A stretch of DNA of 64,000 nt from Candidatus Saccharimonadota bacterium (GCA_034520885.1 JAXHNE010000008.1:100-64099), one strand, 5' to 3'; shown: positions 36,985 through 46,346, counted from the stretch's first letter. Numbers and translations are program-made. The notes: generated from the letters alone by a model not told the origin.

Positions 36985-37773
36985 CTACTCGGGATTCATT
37001 ATTAAGCCGGAAGTAAGGGCTTCGAAAGGCTTATTGGGGTTTTGTAGGTGCCAAATCGCGGCCTTGGTGGCGGTTTCGTTGCGCCAAAGTTCGCGCTCAT
37101 TGCTCACCTCGGTCACGCTGAGCCGTTTATCCGCCGCAACGAATACTCCGTTTCGCCTTTTTACTACTATGTTGGCTTTTGTTTCGGCCGTAAATCGTTC
37201 AAGCCGCTTGGCGAACAAATCCGTGGGGCTTTCAAAGGTCAGCGGCTCGGTAAAACCCAGGGTTTTGGCCGCCAACTGTAAATTAGCCATAGTCATGACC
37301 AGATCGGTGTCGGGTCGTTTGAGAATATCATCGGACTGCTTTAAAAGCGTTTCCAGCGCATCGCCGCTAATTGTCAAAATACCTTGGTATTTTCGGGAAA
37401 ATTCCTCCAAAAGTGCCGCCGCTTCCGCGTTTCGGCTGACATCTCCAATCACTAACACGCCATCGGCCCACCCCGCCGCGTCTATCAGCACTGGGAGCGC
37501 CTCCTTGGCAAAGCTTCCCGAGGGGTTGCTTGGTGCGAATAGCGCATGTTCGAACACCCCGCCCGCAAACTTTTGGATCACGTCCGGCAAAAGTACGCGC
37601 ACTTCGCCTACCCTGTTTTTGCGAGCATGTTCATATGCTTCGCCGACCGCTGAAAAACCAAAGGAGTTTCCCCCGACAACCAGTAGCTTGCCGGCCAATT
37701 TTTTGTTTTCTGGCTTACTCCAGAGCATATCCGGGAATAATGGCTTATCAGCTGACTGATGTTGTAACTGCAT
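36985..37773 (-). CDS. YjeF-C / carbohydrate-kinase-like protein (function uncertain)
   Basis: AGKLLVVGGNSFGFSAVGEAYEHARKNRVGEVRVLLP resembles the NAD(P)HX-dehydratase N-region. The C-terminal GxGD motif was not seen. Confidence 0.4.
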   Translation of the reverse strand: MQLQHQSADKPLFPDMLWSKPENKKLAGKLLVVGGNSFGFSAVGEAYEHARKNRVGEVRVLLPDVIQKFAGGVFEHALFAPSNPSGSFAKEALPVLIDAAGWADGVLVIGDVSRNAEAAALLEEFSRKYQGILTISGDALETLLKQSDDILKRPDTDLVMTMANLQLAAKTLGFTEPLTFESPTDLFAKRLERFTAETKANIVVKRRNGVFVAADKRLSVTEVSNERELWRNETATKAAIWHLQNPNKPFEALTSGLIMNPE

Positions 37774-38476
37774 ATTCTTTATCTCCCTTTGTCAATTCGT
37801 ATACCACATTCTTGCGTTCAATAACAATTTTCCACCCCTTATCTTGTGCGTGCTTCAAGAGTAATCCGGTGGGGTTGAAGGCAATGGGTCGGGCAACCGT
37901 TTCCAGCATGGGAATATCGCTTTCGCTGTCGCCAACGGCGTAACTTTCCGAAAATGTACCCTCGTGCTTTTTTACGAGTTCACGCAAAAGCCGCGGTTTT
38001 TCTTCGCGCTTTAAAACGGTGTTTTCGCCGGTAAAATAGTTGTTTTTATGTTGATAGACGCTTCCGCCGAAATCATCGAAGCCGTAAAAGGCCGCAAAGC
38101 GCTTTACGATCTCTTGCGGAGAAGCCGAAATGGCGAACAGTAAATAACCTTCCTTCCGCAGCTTTCTTATGAGGTTTCGGGTATACGTGTATGTTTGCCG
38201 CTTATATTCGTCGAAGGCTTCGTCCATGACTTTTAAAAATTCATCCCGCGGGACGCGCCGAATGGCGCCTTCGTAGGCTCGAACCAAAGTGTTTTCGTAG
38301 GTATCGTAGGCATCCCGCCCCGTGCGACGTTTCCAGGCCATGCGGGCGTCTTTTGCGGCTCGGAAATCTTTCTCCTTGAAATGCCCGGAACGAATGAGCG
38401 CGTCACTAAGCGCATGAAATAACTGCCAGCGAACAATCGTTCCGTCAATATCAAACACCGCGAACTTCTTGCCCAT
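37748..38476 (-). CDS. HAD-IB superfamily hydrolase (SerB-like)
   Basis: Motif I is FDIDGT, motif II is SASP, and motif IV is GDSESD. Confidence 0.8.
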   Translation of the reverse strand: MGKKFAVFDIDGTIVRWQLFHALSDALIRSGHFKEKDFRAAKDARMAWKRRTGRDAYDTYENTLVRAYEGAIRRVPRDEFLKVMDEAFDEYKRQTYTYTRNLIRKLRKEGYLLFAISASPQEIVKRFAAFYGFDDFGGSVYQHKNNYFTGENTVLKREEKPRLLRELVKKHEGTFSESYAVGDSESDIPMLETVARPIAFNPTGLLLKHAQDKGWKIVIERKNVVYELTKGDKEYAVTTSVS

Positions 38477-38506
38477 ACGACGCAGTATAGCAGTTTTATT
38501 GATTCG

Positions 38507-39190
38507 TTACGGGGTAGCGCCGGTAACGACTTCCGGGTACTGTTTTTGGTACTCTTCGCTGAATTCACACTGGTCAAGACAGGTCGGTTCGTACCAGGGC
38601 TGCGTGTCTTGCGTGTTGTCGCCGTACAAGAAACCTTCGACCACCTCGTCAGGGTAGATTACATCAACTACAAGATCGGTCTCCCCGGAGTTGACTACAC
38701 TGTGTTGTACGTGAATTGTGGCAGGTGTCTTGCCCGATAACTCTTGTTGATAGTCAACATAGGGGTTGATGAGCTTGGTGCGGATTTCCTTTTTTAAGGC
38801 GTCGTCAAATTGCCCGCCGGGCGTAAAGACGACGATGGGGGTGTCGTCTTCACTGTCGCTGCTTTCAGACTCAGCCGACGCTTCTTCACTCGTGTCTGCG
38901 CTATCCGCCTCGGATTGTAGCGTGGCAACCTGCTCTTTGAGCGCGGTAATTTTTTCATCTTTGGCGGCTAGCTGTTTATCTTTCTCATTGAGCAGATAAT
39001 ATCCCGCGACTCCGATCACTGCGAGAGCGATAAGTACTAAAAATACCACTAAGACTTTTTTGCCTTTGGGCTTTTTAGGTGGCTTGGGCTGTTCTTTGGG
39101 GTTCTCCGGCTTTTTGTCTTCTTCTTGTGGTGGCGCTGGCGTTGGTTCCATATTTTGTTGCGTGCTTGGACTCTTCATTTGATCATTCAT
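38507..39190 (-). CDS. Hypothetical membrane-anchored protein
   Basis: Pro/Lys-rich N-terminus, the TM segment VLVVFLVLIALAVIGVAGYYLL, a coiled coil, and an acidic linker. Confidence 0.5.
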   Translation of the reverse strand: MNDQMKSPSTQQNMEPTPAPPQEEDKKPENPKEQPKPPKKPKGKKVLVVFLVLIALAVIGVAGYYLLNEKDKQLAAKDEKITALKEQVATLQSEADSADTSEEASAESESSDSEDDTPIVVFTPGGQFDDALKKEIRTKLINPYVDYQQELSGKTPATIHVQHSVVNSGETDLVVDVIYPDEVVEGFLYGDNTQDTQPWYEPTCLDQCEFSEEYQKQYPEVVTGATP

Positions 39191-39239
39191 TGTAATCTCC
39201 TATATTTAGCATAAGCTTATTGTAGCAAACTTGCTTGGA

Positions 39240-40154
39240 TTATGTCAGCTGTCGCAGCGCCTGGCGAATCAACTGGACGTTTTCGTGTTCGTTACGGTGA
39301 CCGCTTAAAGCGGTGATTAGCTCGGCGCCCGGGAGATTTTCGTGTAAAGCAAACGCATTCTTGGGCGGACAGATCATGTCATAACGCCCCTGTACTATCG
39401 TCACCGGAGCTTTTATTTTATGAGCATTTTTAAGAACGTGTTTACTCGGTAAAAAGCAGTCGTTAGAAAAGTAATGCGCGGCAATAATCAGACCTTCCGG
39501 CTCAAAATCTTCGTAGCTTACGGGCATGAAAAAATCATCCAACTGCAAGATTTTGCCTTCCAGGTTCATGTAGTCGTACGCGGACCGTTTTTGCCGTTTC
39601 TTACTACCGTGCAGCATCTTGTCAAAGTGATAGCTTGTCGGGTCGGTTTGATGCGATTTTGGAACGGTTCGTAGATACTGCTCCCAGACCTCCGGGTAAA
39701 ACGTTTTAAATAATCCCTGGTTGAGCCACTTTGCTTCTTCTTGGCTTCCCGTGAAAATGCCGGAGAGTACCATACCCTTTAAGCGGTCGGTGTGTTTGAT
39801 GGCGTAAGCTAACGCCAGGCAGCTCCCCCAAGAACCGCCACAAATAACAAAGGAGCCGACTTTGCAGTGATCGGCAACGGCATTAATATCGCCGATTAAA
39901 TCATCGGTTGTGTTATCGGTGATGGAGCCATATGGCAGGCTTTGGCCCGCTCCGCGTTGGTCAAAAAATATCACTCGCTGCTTGTTGGGGTCGAACAGCT
40001 TCTTGTGGCTGTCTTTACACTGCGAACCCGGACCGCCGTGTAAAAAAATAATTGGGGTTTTGGCTTCCGGGTTACCCCAGTCGTGCACCCAAAGCGTGTG
40101 CGACTTATTAACTTCCAGATGCGTTACCTTGTTAGTGAATTCGTCTTTATTCAT
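39240..40154 (-). CDS. pip: Proline iminopeptidase (alpha/beta hydrolase)
   Basis: Motif HGGPGS, the nucleophile elbow GGSWGS, and a C-terminal His. Confidence 0.85.
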   Translation of the reverse strand: MNKDEFTNKVTHLEVNKSHTLWVHDWGNPEAKTPIIFLHGGPGSQCKDSHKKLFDPNKQRVIFFDQRGAGQSLPYGSITDNTTDDLIGDINAVADHCKVGSFVICGGSWGSCLALAYAIKHTDRLKGMVLSGIFTGSQEEAKWLNQGLFKTFYPEVWEQYLRTVPKSHQTDPTSYHFDKMLHGSKKRQKRSAYDYMNLEGKILQLDDFFMPVSYEDFEPEGLIIAAHYFSNDCFLPSKHVLKNAHKIKAPVTIVQGRYDMICPPKNAFALHENLPGAELITALSGHRNEHENVQLIRQALRQLT

Positions 40155-40648
40155 GCTTCAAACACTTTCTTTGTTATTTCTTCCATGGCTTCCATATACT
40201 TTTCTGGAGTTCGCTTGAGTTCCTCGTATAGTTTGTTCAAGTTGATCCATGCGATCTCATCTACCTCCTCTGCTTGAAGAATAAATTCTGTTAGCCGTTT
40301 TTGCGTGTGCGCAATGTAGCACATGTTTGCACGATAGCCGATGTGAGCTTTATGCATGATAAGTTGAGATTCTTCCAGCTTCAGGTTTACGCCAAGCTCT
40401 TCTTGTAATTCACGCACCGCGGTCTCTTTGTATATGTCACCATGTTCGACAGTCCCCACTACCGAGGGTCCCCACTTACCGGGATCCATTCGATTATTCA
40501 TTGAGCGTTTCGCAATCAATAGTTCATCGCTTTGGTTAAGTACCCACACCGAAATAATGCGCCAACGATCGTTGTCGTTAAGTTTGGAACGCTTTTTACT
40601 ACCAATTTCATTATCTTGTTCGTCTACCAGGGTAACAATCTCTGACAT
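40151..40648 (-). CDS. NUDIX hydrolase
   Basis: Nudix box GTVEHGDIYKETAVRELQEELGV. Confidence 0.85.
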   Translation of the reverse strand: MSEIVTLVDEQDNEIGSKKRSKLNDNDRWRIISVWVLNQSDELLIAKRSMNNRMDPGKWGPSVVGTVEHGDIYKETAVRELQEELGVNLKLEESQLIMHKAHIGYRANMCYIAHTQKRLTEFILQAEEVDEIAWINLNKLYEELKRTPEKYMEAMEEITKKVFEA

Positions 40649-41610
40649 TACGTAATTTCTATACTTACCGGGCAGTGGTCGCTGCCCATGACTTGATCAT
40701 GAATTTCGGCTTTTTTAACCTTGTTTTTTATGGATTCCGATACCAAAAAGTAATCGATACGCCAGCCAACGTTGCGTTCGCGGGCGTTGGCCCAATGCGT
40801 CCACCAGGTGTAGTGGCCGTTGCCTTTTGTGAATAGGCGGAACGTATCCACGAAGCCGGCTTTTAACCAGTCGTCAAAGCCGCGGCGTTCTTCGTCCGTA
40901 AAGCCTTTTTTGCCTTTGTTGTCTTTTGGCCGCGCCAGGTCATCCTCGGTATGCGCGACGTTCATATCACCGCAATACACCACCGGCTTCGTTTTTTGCA
41001 GGTCCGCACAGTAAGCAATCATCGCTTGGTCCCATTTTTCGCGCAATGGCAGCCGGGTCAGATCGTTCTTGGCGTTGGGCGTGTAGGCGGTGACCACGTA
41101 GAATTCGTCGTACTCCGCGGCAACTACCCTGCCCTCTTGGGTGGCATCGCCATATCCATCGCCGTTTAAGCCGGCTTGTTTTACGAACTTTTCCGGGATG
41201 CCATTAATTACCGCGATGGGCTTGGTTTTGGTGAAAATCGCCGTGCCGCTGTAACCTTTTTTTTGCGCGCTGTTCCAGTATTCTTCGTAGTCGGGCAAAT
41301 CAACCGGAGACTGACCTTGTTCAGCCGGAAGATCGACACCGCCCGAACTTTCGGGCTGCGCAGCCAGCTCAGCGGCCATCCGTGACTTTTCGCTTCGCGT
41401 CGTAGCTTCGGCTACGCCTTGTCGCGATAAAGCTCCCGGCTGGTTCACTGCTCTGGCTTCTCGCCATTTCGAAAGTTGGACAGCGTCAATCTTGGTTTCT
41501 TGTAAGCACAGAATGTCCGGTTGGTGTTCTTTTATGAAAGGTTCGAATAATTCCTTGCGGTGCACCGCCCGAATGCCGTTTACGTTCCAAGAATAAATCT
41601 TCATCCCCAC
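40648..41610 (-). CDS. xth: Exodeoxyribonuclease III with ~55-aa internal low-complexity insertion
   Basis: Motifs WNVNGIR, LCLQETK, GDMNVAH, WRIDY and SDHCPV. Confidence 0.9.
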   Translation of the reverse strand: MGMKIYSWNVNGIRAVHRKELFEPFIKEHQPDILCLQETKIDAVQLSKWREARAVNQPGALSRQGVAEATTRSEKSRMAAELAAQPESSGGVDLPAEQGQSPVDLPDYEEYWNSAQKKGYSGTAIFTKTKPIAVINGIPEKFVKQAGLNGDGYGDATQEGRVVAAEYDEFYVVTAYTPNAKNDLTRLPLREKWDQAMIAYCADLQKTKPVVYCGDMNVAHTEDDLARPKDNKGKKGFTDEERRGFDDWLKAGFVDTFRLFTKGNGHYTWWTHWANARERNVGWRIDYFLVSESIKNKVKKAEIHDQVMGSDHCPVSIEIT

Positions 41611-41630
41611 AAGTATAGCATTCCAAAAAT

Positions 41631-41664
41631 TCTCATTTTCGTGACGATCGTCACGAAAATGAGA
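41631..41664. promoter_or_regulatory. 34-bp perfect palindrome in xth/pyrH divergent region (second copy 42282-42315)
   Basis: TCTCATTTTCGTGACGA|TCGTCACGAAAATGAGA. Confidence 0.45.
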
Positions 41665-41739
41665 GTTTATGGGGTAATTTTGGGCGGGATTTTTTTGTTA
41701 TTTCTGGTAAACTTAATGGCAATGTATAAACGCGTACTA

Positions 41740-42261
41740 CTAAAGATTTCCGGCGAGCAACTGGCCGGTGAATTCGAAGGCGGGATAGACCCTAAGCATG
41801 CTGGCTGGTTGGCCGATTAAGCCGGCTTGTTTTACGAACTTTTCCGGGATGCCATTAATTACCGCGATGGGCTTGGTTTTGGTGAAAATCGCCGTGCCGC
41901 TGTAACCTTTTTTTTGCGCGCTGTTCCAGTATTCTTCGTAGTCGGGCAAATCAACCGGAGACTGACCTTGTTCAGCCGGAAGATCGACACCGCCCGAACT
42001 TTCGGGCTGCGCAGCCAGCTCAGCGGCCATCCGTGACTTTTCGCTTCGCGTCGTAGCTTCGGCTACGCCTTGTCGCGATAAAGCTCCCGGCTGGTTCACT
42101 GCTCTGGCTTCTCGCCATTTCGAAAGTTGGACAGCGTCAATCTTGGTTTCTTGTAAGCACAGAATGTCCGGTTGGTGTTCTTTTATGAAAGGTTCGAATA
42201 ATTCCTTGCGGTGCACCGCCCGAATGCCGTTTACGTTCCAAGAATAAATCTTCATCCCCAC
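41740..42261 (-). pseudogene. Truncated duplicate of xth (N-terminal 147 codons, then out-of-context tail)
   Basis: Identical to the xth N-terminus and created by the 651-bp duplication. Confidence 0.7.
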
Positions 42262-42366
42262 AAGTATAGCATTCCAAAAATTCTCATTTTCGTGACGATC
42301 GTCACGAAAATGAGAGTTTATGGGGTAATTTTGAGCGGGATTTTTTTGTTATTTCTGGTAAACTTA

Positions 42367-43077
42367 ATGGCAATGTATAGACGCGTACTACTAAAGATTT
42401 CCGGCGAGCAACTGGCCGGTGAATTCGAAGGCGGGATAGACCCTAAGCATGCTGGCTGGTTGGCCGAGGAAGTAAAAAAAGCTACCAGTACCGGCGCGCA
42501 AGTAGTGATCATGGTCGGTGGCGGGAATTTCCTGCGTGGCGCGCAAATTGCCGGGCACGGCATTAAACGTGTCACGGCCGACCATATGGGCATGGTAGGA
42601 ACTTTAATGAACGCTTTGGCGCTTACCGATATTTTTGAATCGAAGGGCGTAAAAACCCGTTGTCTGAGCAATATTTTCGCCCAACAAGTGGCGGAGCCGT
42701 TCGTGCACCGCTTGGCCGAAAAGCATTTGCAAAAAGGCCGTGTGGTCATCGTGGCCGGTGGTATCGGCCGCCCCTACTTAACGACCGACACGGCGGCCGT
42801 CTCGCTTTCGCTGGAACTAAATTGCGATGTGGTGCTCAAGGCCACCAAAGTTGACGGCGTCTACGATAAAGATCCGAACGGGCACGACGACGCCCAAAAG
42901 TTGGATGAGCTTACCTACCAACAAGCCGTGGAAGACGGCGCTATTAAAATCATGGACAAAGCGGCCATGGGGCTGGCCATGGAACATAAAATGCCCCTGG
43001 TCATTTTTGATTTATTACACGAAGGCAACGTGGCCGGCGTTATCGAAGGCCGGTCTATCGGCACGACGGTTAGTTAA
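42367..43077 (+). CDS. pyrH: UMP kinase
   Basis: Motifs RVLLKISGE and VVIMVGGGNFLRG, with an amino-acid kinase fold. The start was taken at MAMYRR. A 5' stub of this gene lies at 41716-41816 in copy 1 of the duplication. Confidence 0.9.
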   Translation: MAMYRRVLLKISGEQLAGEFEGGIDPKHAGWLAEEVKKATSTGAQVVIMVGGGNFLRGAQIAGHGIKRVTADHMGMVGTLMNALALTDIFESKGVKTRCLSNIFAQQVAEPFVHRLAEKHLQKGRVVIVAGGIGRPYLTTDTAAVSLSLELNCDVVLKATKVDGVYDKDPNGHDDAQKLDELTYQQAVEDGAIKIMDKAAMGLAMEHKMPLVIFDLLHEGNVAGVIEGRSIGTTVS

Positions 43078-43222
43078 CAAGATCTTTCTCAAGAACCTCG
43101 AAACAACTTTTACATAGATGGTATTTATCGACCTTGCCGTGCGCATCCGGCGGGCCGAGCAAAATTGCTCCCATTCCTGTCAGTTCTTGCCCGCACTTGT
43201 CACAATTCGGTGAAATCGCCAT
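43070..43222 (-). CDS. Possible 50-aa zinc-ribbon protein (below ORF-track cutoff)
   Basis: Hand translation: MAISPNCDKCGQELTGMGAILLGPPDAHGKVDKYHLCKSCFEVLEKDLVN. There are two CxxC pairs, no clear RBS, and the 3' end overlaps pyrH by 8 nt. Confidence 0.35.
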   Translation of the reverse strand: MAISPNCDKCGQELTGMGAILLGPPDAHGKVDKYHLCKSCFEVLEKDLVN

Positions 43223-43547
43223 ATTTTTACAAACCTATCTATATCATTATATCAATCTTACTTAATACTAAGGGAACTACGTGCCGTCCGGTTCGTGGCG
43301 AAGTCATGTACCGTCCGGCGTGTGGCAGAGGAAGGGATGATGCGCATGAATCTGTGCGCCGAGTTTACTCGGGCAGCAGACTCATACACGAGCCCCTCTC
43401 GAGGGTTCGAATCCTTTTTCTTGCAACGAGGAGAAAAACGGCCAGAGAAAAATCTCTGACCGCTCTTCTCCTGGTTCTTCGACTCACTGCGTTCGCTCAG
43501 AATCATTCACCTTGCTGGCTTGCCATGAGCAAGCGCAGCGCGTCGAA

Positions 43548-43637
43548 TGGCGGAGAGAGAGGGATTCGAACCCTCGGTACGGTTGCCCGCACACACGCTT
43601 TCCAAGCGTGCTCCTTCGACCGCTCGGACACCTCTCC
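43548..43637 (-). tRNA. tRNA-Ser (anticodon GGA), CCA encoded
   Basis: Type II tRNA. The acceptor is GGAGAGG/TCTCTCC, the anticodon loop is TTGGAAA, there is a long variable arm, and the T-arm is GAGGGTTCGAATCCCTC. Confidence 0.9.
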
Positions 43638-43642
43638 AGCAC

Positions 43643-43894
43643 TTAAGAGTTTAGTATATCTCGGTATTGCTGTCTAAAAAGTCTTTTGCCTTCAGTGGTT
43701 TTTAAAAACCTTTCTCTTCTTTGGGCGTCGGGTTTTAACGAGTAAGCCTCATAGCCAATAAGTTTAACCGGTTGCCTATTCTTCGTTGCTTTTACTTTTT
43801 GGTTTTTATGCTCTAAGACTCTTTGCTTTAGTTGCCCGGTCATGCCGGTATATATTTGTTCATTGCTCAGCTTAAGAAAATACACGTAGTACAT
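43643..43894 (-). CDS. Stand-alone GIY-YIG nuclease-domain protein
   Basis: YVYFLKL...IYTGMT (GIY..YIG), R..EHK, and a conserved E in TEGKR. It starts 3 nt after the pseudo-tRNA and ends 6 nt before tRNA-Ser. Confidence 0.8.
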   Translation of the reverse strand: MYYVYFLKLSNEQIYTGMTGQLKQRVLEHKNQKVKATKNRQPVKLIGYEAYSLKPDAQRRERFLKTTEGKRLFRQQYRDILNS

Positions 43895-43896
43895 AA

Positions 43897-44025
43897 TGCG
43901 GATTATATAGGATTCGCCATGTCATGCGACATGGCGCCCTGTCGAATGACGGGGCGAACCCTCGGTACCCTTGCGGGTACACAGTCTTTCCAGGACTGCC
44001 AGTTCGACCGCTCCTGCATCTCTCC
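43897..44025 (-). pseudogene. tRNA-Ser(GGA)-like pseudogene with 39-nt hairpin insert in the T-loop and mutated 3' acceptor
   Basis: The 5' acceptor, D-arm, anticodon arm (CTGGAAA) and variable arm are recognisable. The T-loop TTCG|AAT is split by the insert at 43916-43954. The 3' acceptor ATAATCC cannot pair with GGAGAGA. Confidence 0.6.
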
Positions 44026-44047
44026 ACGTATAATAATTGTAAATGAA

Positions 44048-44119
44048 CCTTCGACCCACGGCATGTCGCCACCCCGTCATGTCGACATGGCATGGTGGCA
44101 TGCACTCGGACACCTCTCC
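44048..44119 (-). pseudogene. tRNA-Ser 5' fragment (acceptor + D-arm) with 47-nt hairpin insert in the D-loop
   Basis: GGAGAGGTGTCCGAGT[47 nt]GGTCGAAGG. The insert (44057-44103) contains the palindrome CCATGTCGACATGG and is related to the T-loop insert. Confidence 0.5.
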
Positions 44120-44223
44120 GCGCAAGCACGCATTATACGCGAAATTCGTATTTTCTTCATCCCGACGTGCCGCGCGATAAAAACGGTTGTCTTCCCTGTT
44201 AGTTTTGCAGTACACTTAAATAA

Positions 44224-45108
44224 ATGCCAGCGAATCCAATTATTGAACTCAACGAAGTAAGTAAACTTTACGGCTTCGGCGATGCCACGACTGTCGCCGT
44301 GGATAGCGTGTCGCTTTCCATAAAAAAAGGTGAGTTCGTGGCGGTCATGGGACCGAGCGGTTCGGGGAAATCAACTTTGATGAACGTCATTGGCCTGCTG
44401 GATCGCCCCACTCACGGTAACTACTCGCTCAATGGCCGCCGTGTTTCGAGATTGCGACAAAATCGCAGCGCACGGATACGCCGCGATCGAATGGGCTTCA
44501 TTTTTCAAAACTTTAACCTGCTGCCACGTATCAACGTTTTGGAAAATGTCGCTTTGCCGCTTACTTACAAAGGCATGCTGCAGTCGCGCCGGCTCAGGCG
44601 GGCGGCCGATATGCTCGAGCAAGTCGGATTGGCCGATCGTGAGTACTTTATGCCCAAACAACTCAGCGGCGGCCAAGCACAGCGCGTGGCAATTGCCCGG
44701 GCGCTGGTGAATAACCCGGAAGTTATTATCGCGGACGAGCCGACGGGCAATCTGGATAGCGCGGCCAGCCGTATAGTGATGGAGCTTCTCAGTGATTTGC
44801 ACAAAATGGGGCACACCGTACTACTCGTGACTCATAACCCCGAACTCACCCGCTACGCCGGCCGCGTTTTATTTATGCATGACGGCGAAATTATCGCCGA
44901 TGAACGCACCAAGGTCGGTGAGGTCCCCGAACTGGCCCAAAAGTTTTATCATTTGCCCAAACAAACGCAGGAAGATCACCTGGCCGGCATTTCCGCCTTA
45001 ATGACCGCCATTCCGCAAAAAAAATCCGGCAAAAAGAAATCCAAAAAGAAGAAGTCCAAAAGCAAAAAAAGCTATAAAACCAAGTCCGGCAAAAAGGAGA
45101 ATAACTGA
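44224..45108 (+). CDS. ABC transporter ATP-binding protein (MacB/LolD/FtsE-like) with Lys-rich tail
   Basis: Walker [10 protein letters not shown], signature LSGGQAQR, and Walker B IIADEP. Confidence 0.9.
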   Translation: MPANPIIELNEVSKLYGFGDATTVAVDSVSLSIKKGEFVAVMGPSGSGKSTLMNVIGLLDRPTHGNYSLNGRRVSRLRQNRSARIRRDRMGFIFQNFNLLPRINVLENVALPLTYKGMLQSRRLRRAADMLEQVGLADREYFMPKQLSGGQAQRVAIARALVNNPEVIIADEPTGNLDSAASRIVMELLSDLHKMGHTVLLVTHNPELTRYAGRVLFMHDGEIIADERTKVGEVPELAQKFYHLPKQTQEDHLAGISALMTAIPQKKSGKKKSKKKKSKSKKSYKTKSGKKENN

Positions 45109-46346
45109 TGCTGCTAGGCGGTTACGTAAAACTGGCCCGATTTTCCATGAAAAGCGCGCGCTGGCGTAGCTTGCTCACCATGTTGGGCATTATCGTGGGG
45201 ATCGTGTCCGTGGTAACCACTATTTCCATTGGCGAAGGCGTAAAACGGCAGGTCGTCCAGCAAATTAACGAGCGCGGTGAAGATTTAATTACCATACTAC
45301 CCGGCGAAACCGATACCGAAAACGCCAGCACGTACTTTTCCCGCCTGAGCCCGAGCAGTTCACGGCCGAACATTTCTTTCGGTGAGAGCGACTACCAAGC
45401 CGTACGGGAAGTGCCGGAGCTGGCCGCCGTTGCTCCGTTCGGTTACGTCTCCGGTGAAGTTGCCGAACAAGGCGATGCTTACGACGATGTCAGGGTGGTG
45501 GCCACCACGGAAGATTTTACGAAAATATTGCAACGTGAAGTAGCGTTCGGCTCGTTCATTACTGGGAACGAAGCCGGAAGCGCCAACGGTGCGGTGATAG
45601 GCCAAGGAGTCGCCGAAGGGATGTTCGGAGAAAACGTACCGCTCGGGCGCTCCTTCACCATTCGCGATACGCGCTTTATCGTGCGCGGCGTATATGAAAG
45701 CTTCGAGGAGTCCTCTCCCCTGCTATCTACCGATAATTACGATGACACCATTTTTATTCCCCATCGGCTCGGACAGGAACTCATGGGCGGAAATATGCAA
45801 ATTTACCAGATGCTGGCCCGCGCTCGTGGCGGTGCCGAGAATGCTTCCGTAGCTATTGAGGAAACCGAAACCGCATTAAGTGCAGTGCGCGGCAATAGCA
45901 GGGATTCTTCGGTGCTCAAACAGTCCGAAACGCTCAGCCTGGCCGAGGAAACGCTTACGCTGCTGACTACTATGATTGCCGGCGTGGCGGCGATTTCCCT
46001 GCTGGTTGGCGGCATTGGCATCATGAACATCATGCTGGTATCGGTTACCGAACGCACGCGGGAGATCGGCGTTCGTAAGGCGGTCGGCGCCACTAATCGC
46101 CAAGTCATGTATCAGTTTATTACCGAAGCCGCGGTGCTTAGTCTCATCGGTGGTATTTTGGGTATTTTATTGTCGCTGGGGACGAACTTCTTGCTCCGGG
46201 TTACGACCAATCTGGAACCGGTTATTACCGCGCCGATTATGGGACTTGCCGTTGTCGTGGCTTTTGTCGTCGGAGTGGTGTTCGGTGCCGCCCCGGCTTT
46301 CGTTGCCGCCCGTAAAGATCCGATAGATTCCCTGCGCTACGAATAA
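45108..46346 (+). CDS. ABC transporter permease, MacB/FtsX type
   Basis: N-terminal TM segment, a large periplasmic-type domain, and a C-terminal FtsX domain (GGIGIMNIMLVSVTERTREIGVRKAVGA). An ATGA overlap couples it to the ATPase gene. Confidence 0.85.
   Translation: MLLGGYVKLARFSMKSARWRSLLTMLGIIVGIVSVVTTISIGEGVKRQVVQQINERGEDLITILPGETDTENASTYFSRLSPSSSRPNISFGESDYQAVREVPELAAVAPFGYVSGEVAEQGDAYDDVRVVATTEDFTKILQREVAFGSFITGNEAGSANGAVIGQGVAEGMFGENVPLGRSFTIRDTRFIVRGVYESFEESSPLLSTDNYDDTIFIPHRLGQELMGGNMQIYQMLARARGGAENASVAIEETETALSAVRGNSRDSSVLKQSETLSLAEETLTLLTTMIAGVAAISLLVGGIGIMNIMLVSVTERTREIGVRKAVGATNRQVMYQFITEAAVLSLIGGILGILLSLGTNFLLRVTTNLEPVITAPIMGLAVVVAFVVGVVFGAAPAFVAARKDPIDSLRYE

Larger units (their letters stand above)
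41166..42467. repeat. Perfectly tandem 651-bp duplication (41166-41816 / 41817-42467)
   Basis: Two differences were noted by eye, in the intergenic/pyrH part (41683 G/A, 41729 A/G); the xth portions translate identically. The junction has GCCG microhomology. The unit spans the 5' 445 nt of xth, the divergent promoter region and the first ~90 nt of pyrH. Confidence 0.9.

Noticed and set aside
43395-43425. + strand CGAGGGTTCGAATCC T-arm-like sequence suggesting another tRNA or a tmRNA 3' end.
   Set aside because: No matching acceptor, D-arm or anticodon arm could be folded, and there is no CCA-compatible acceptor. It is most simply an inverted fragment of the tRNA-Ser T-arm.
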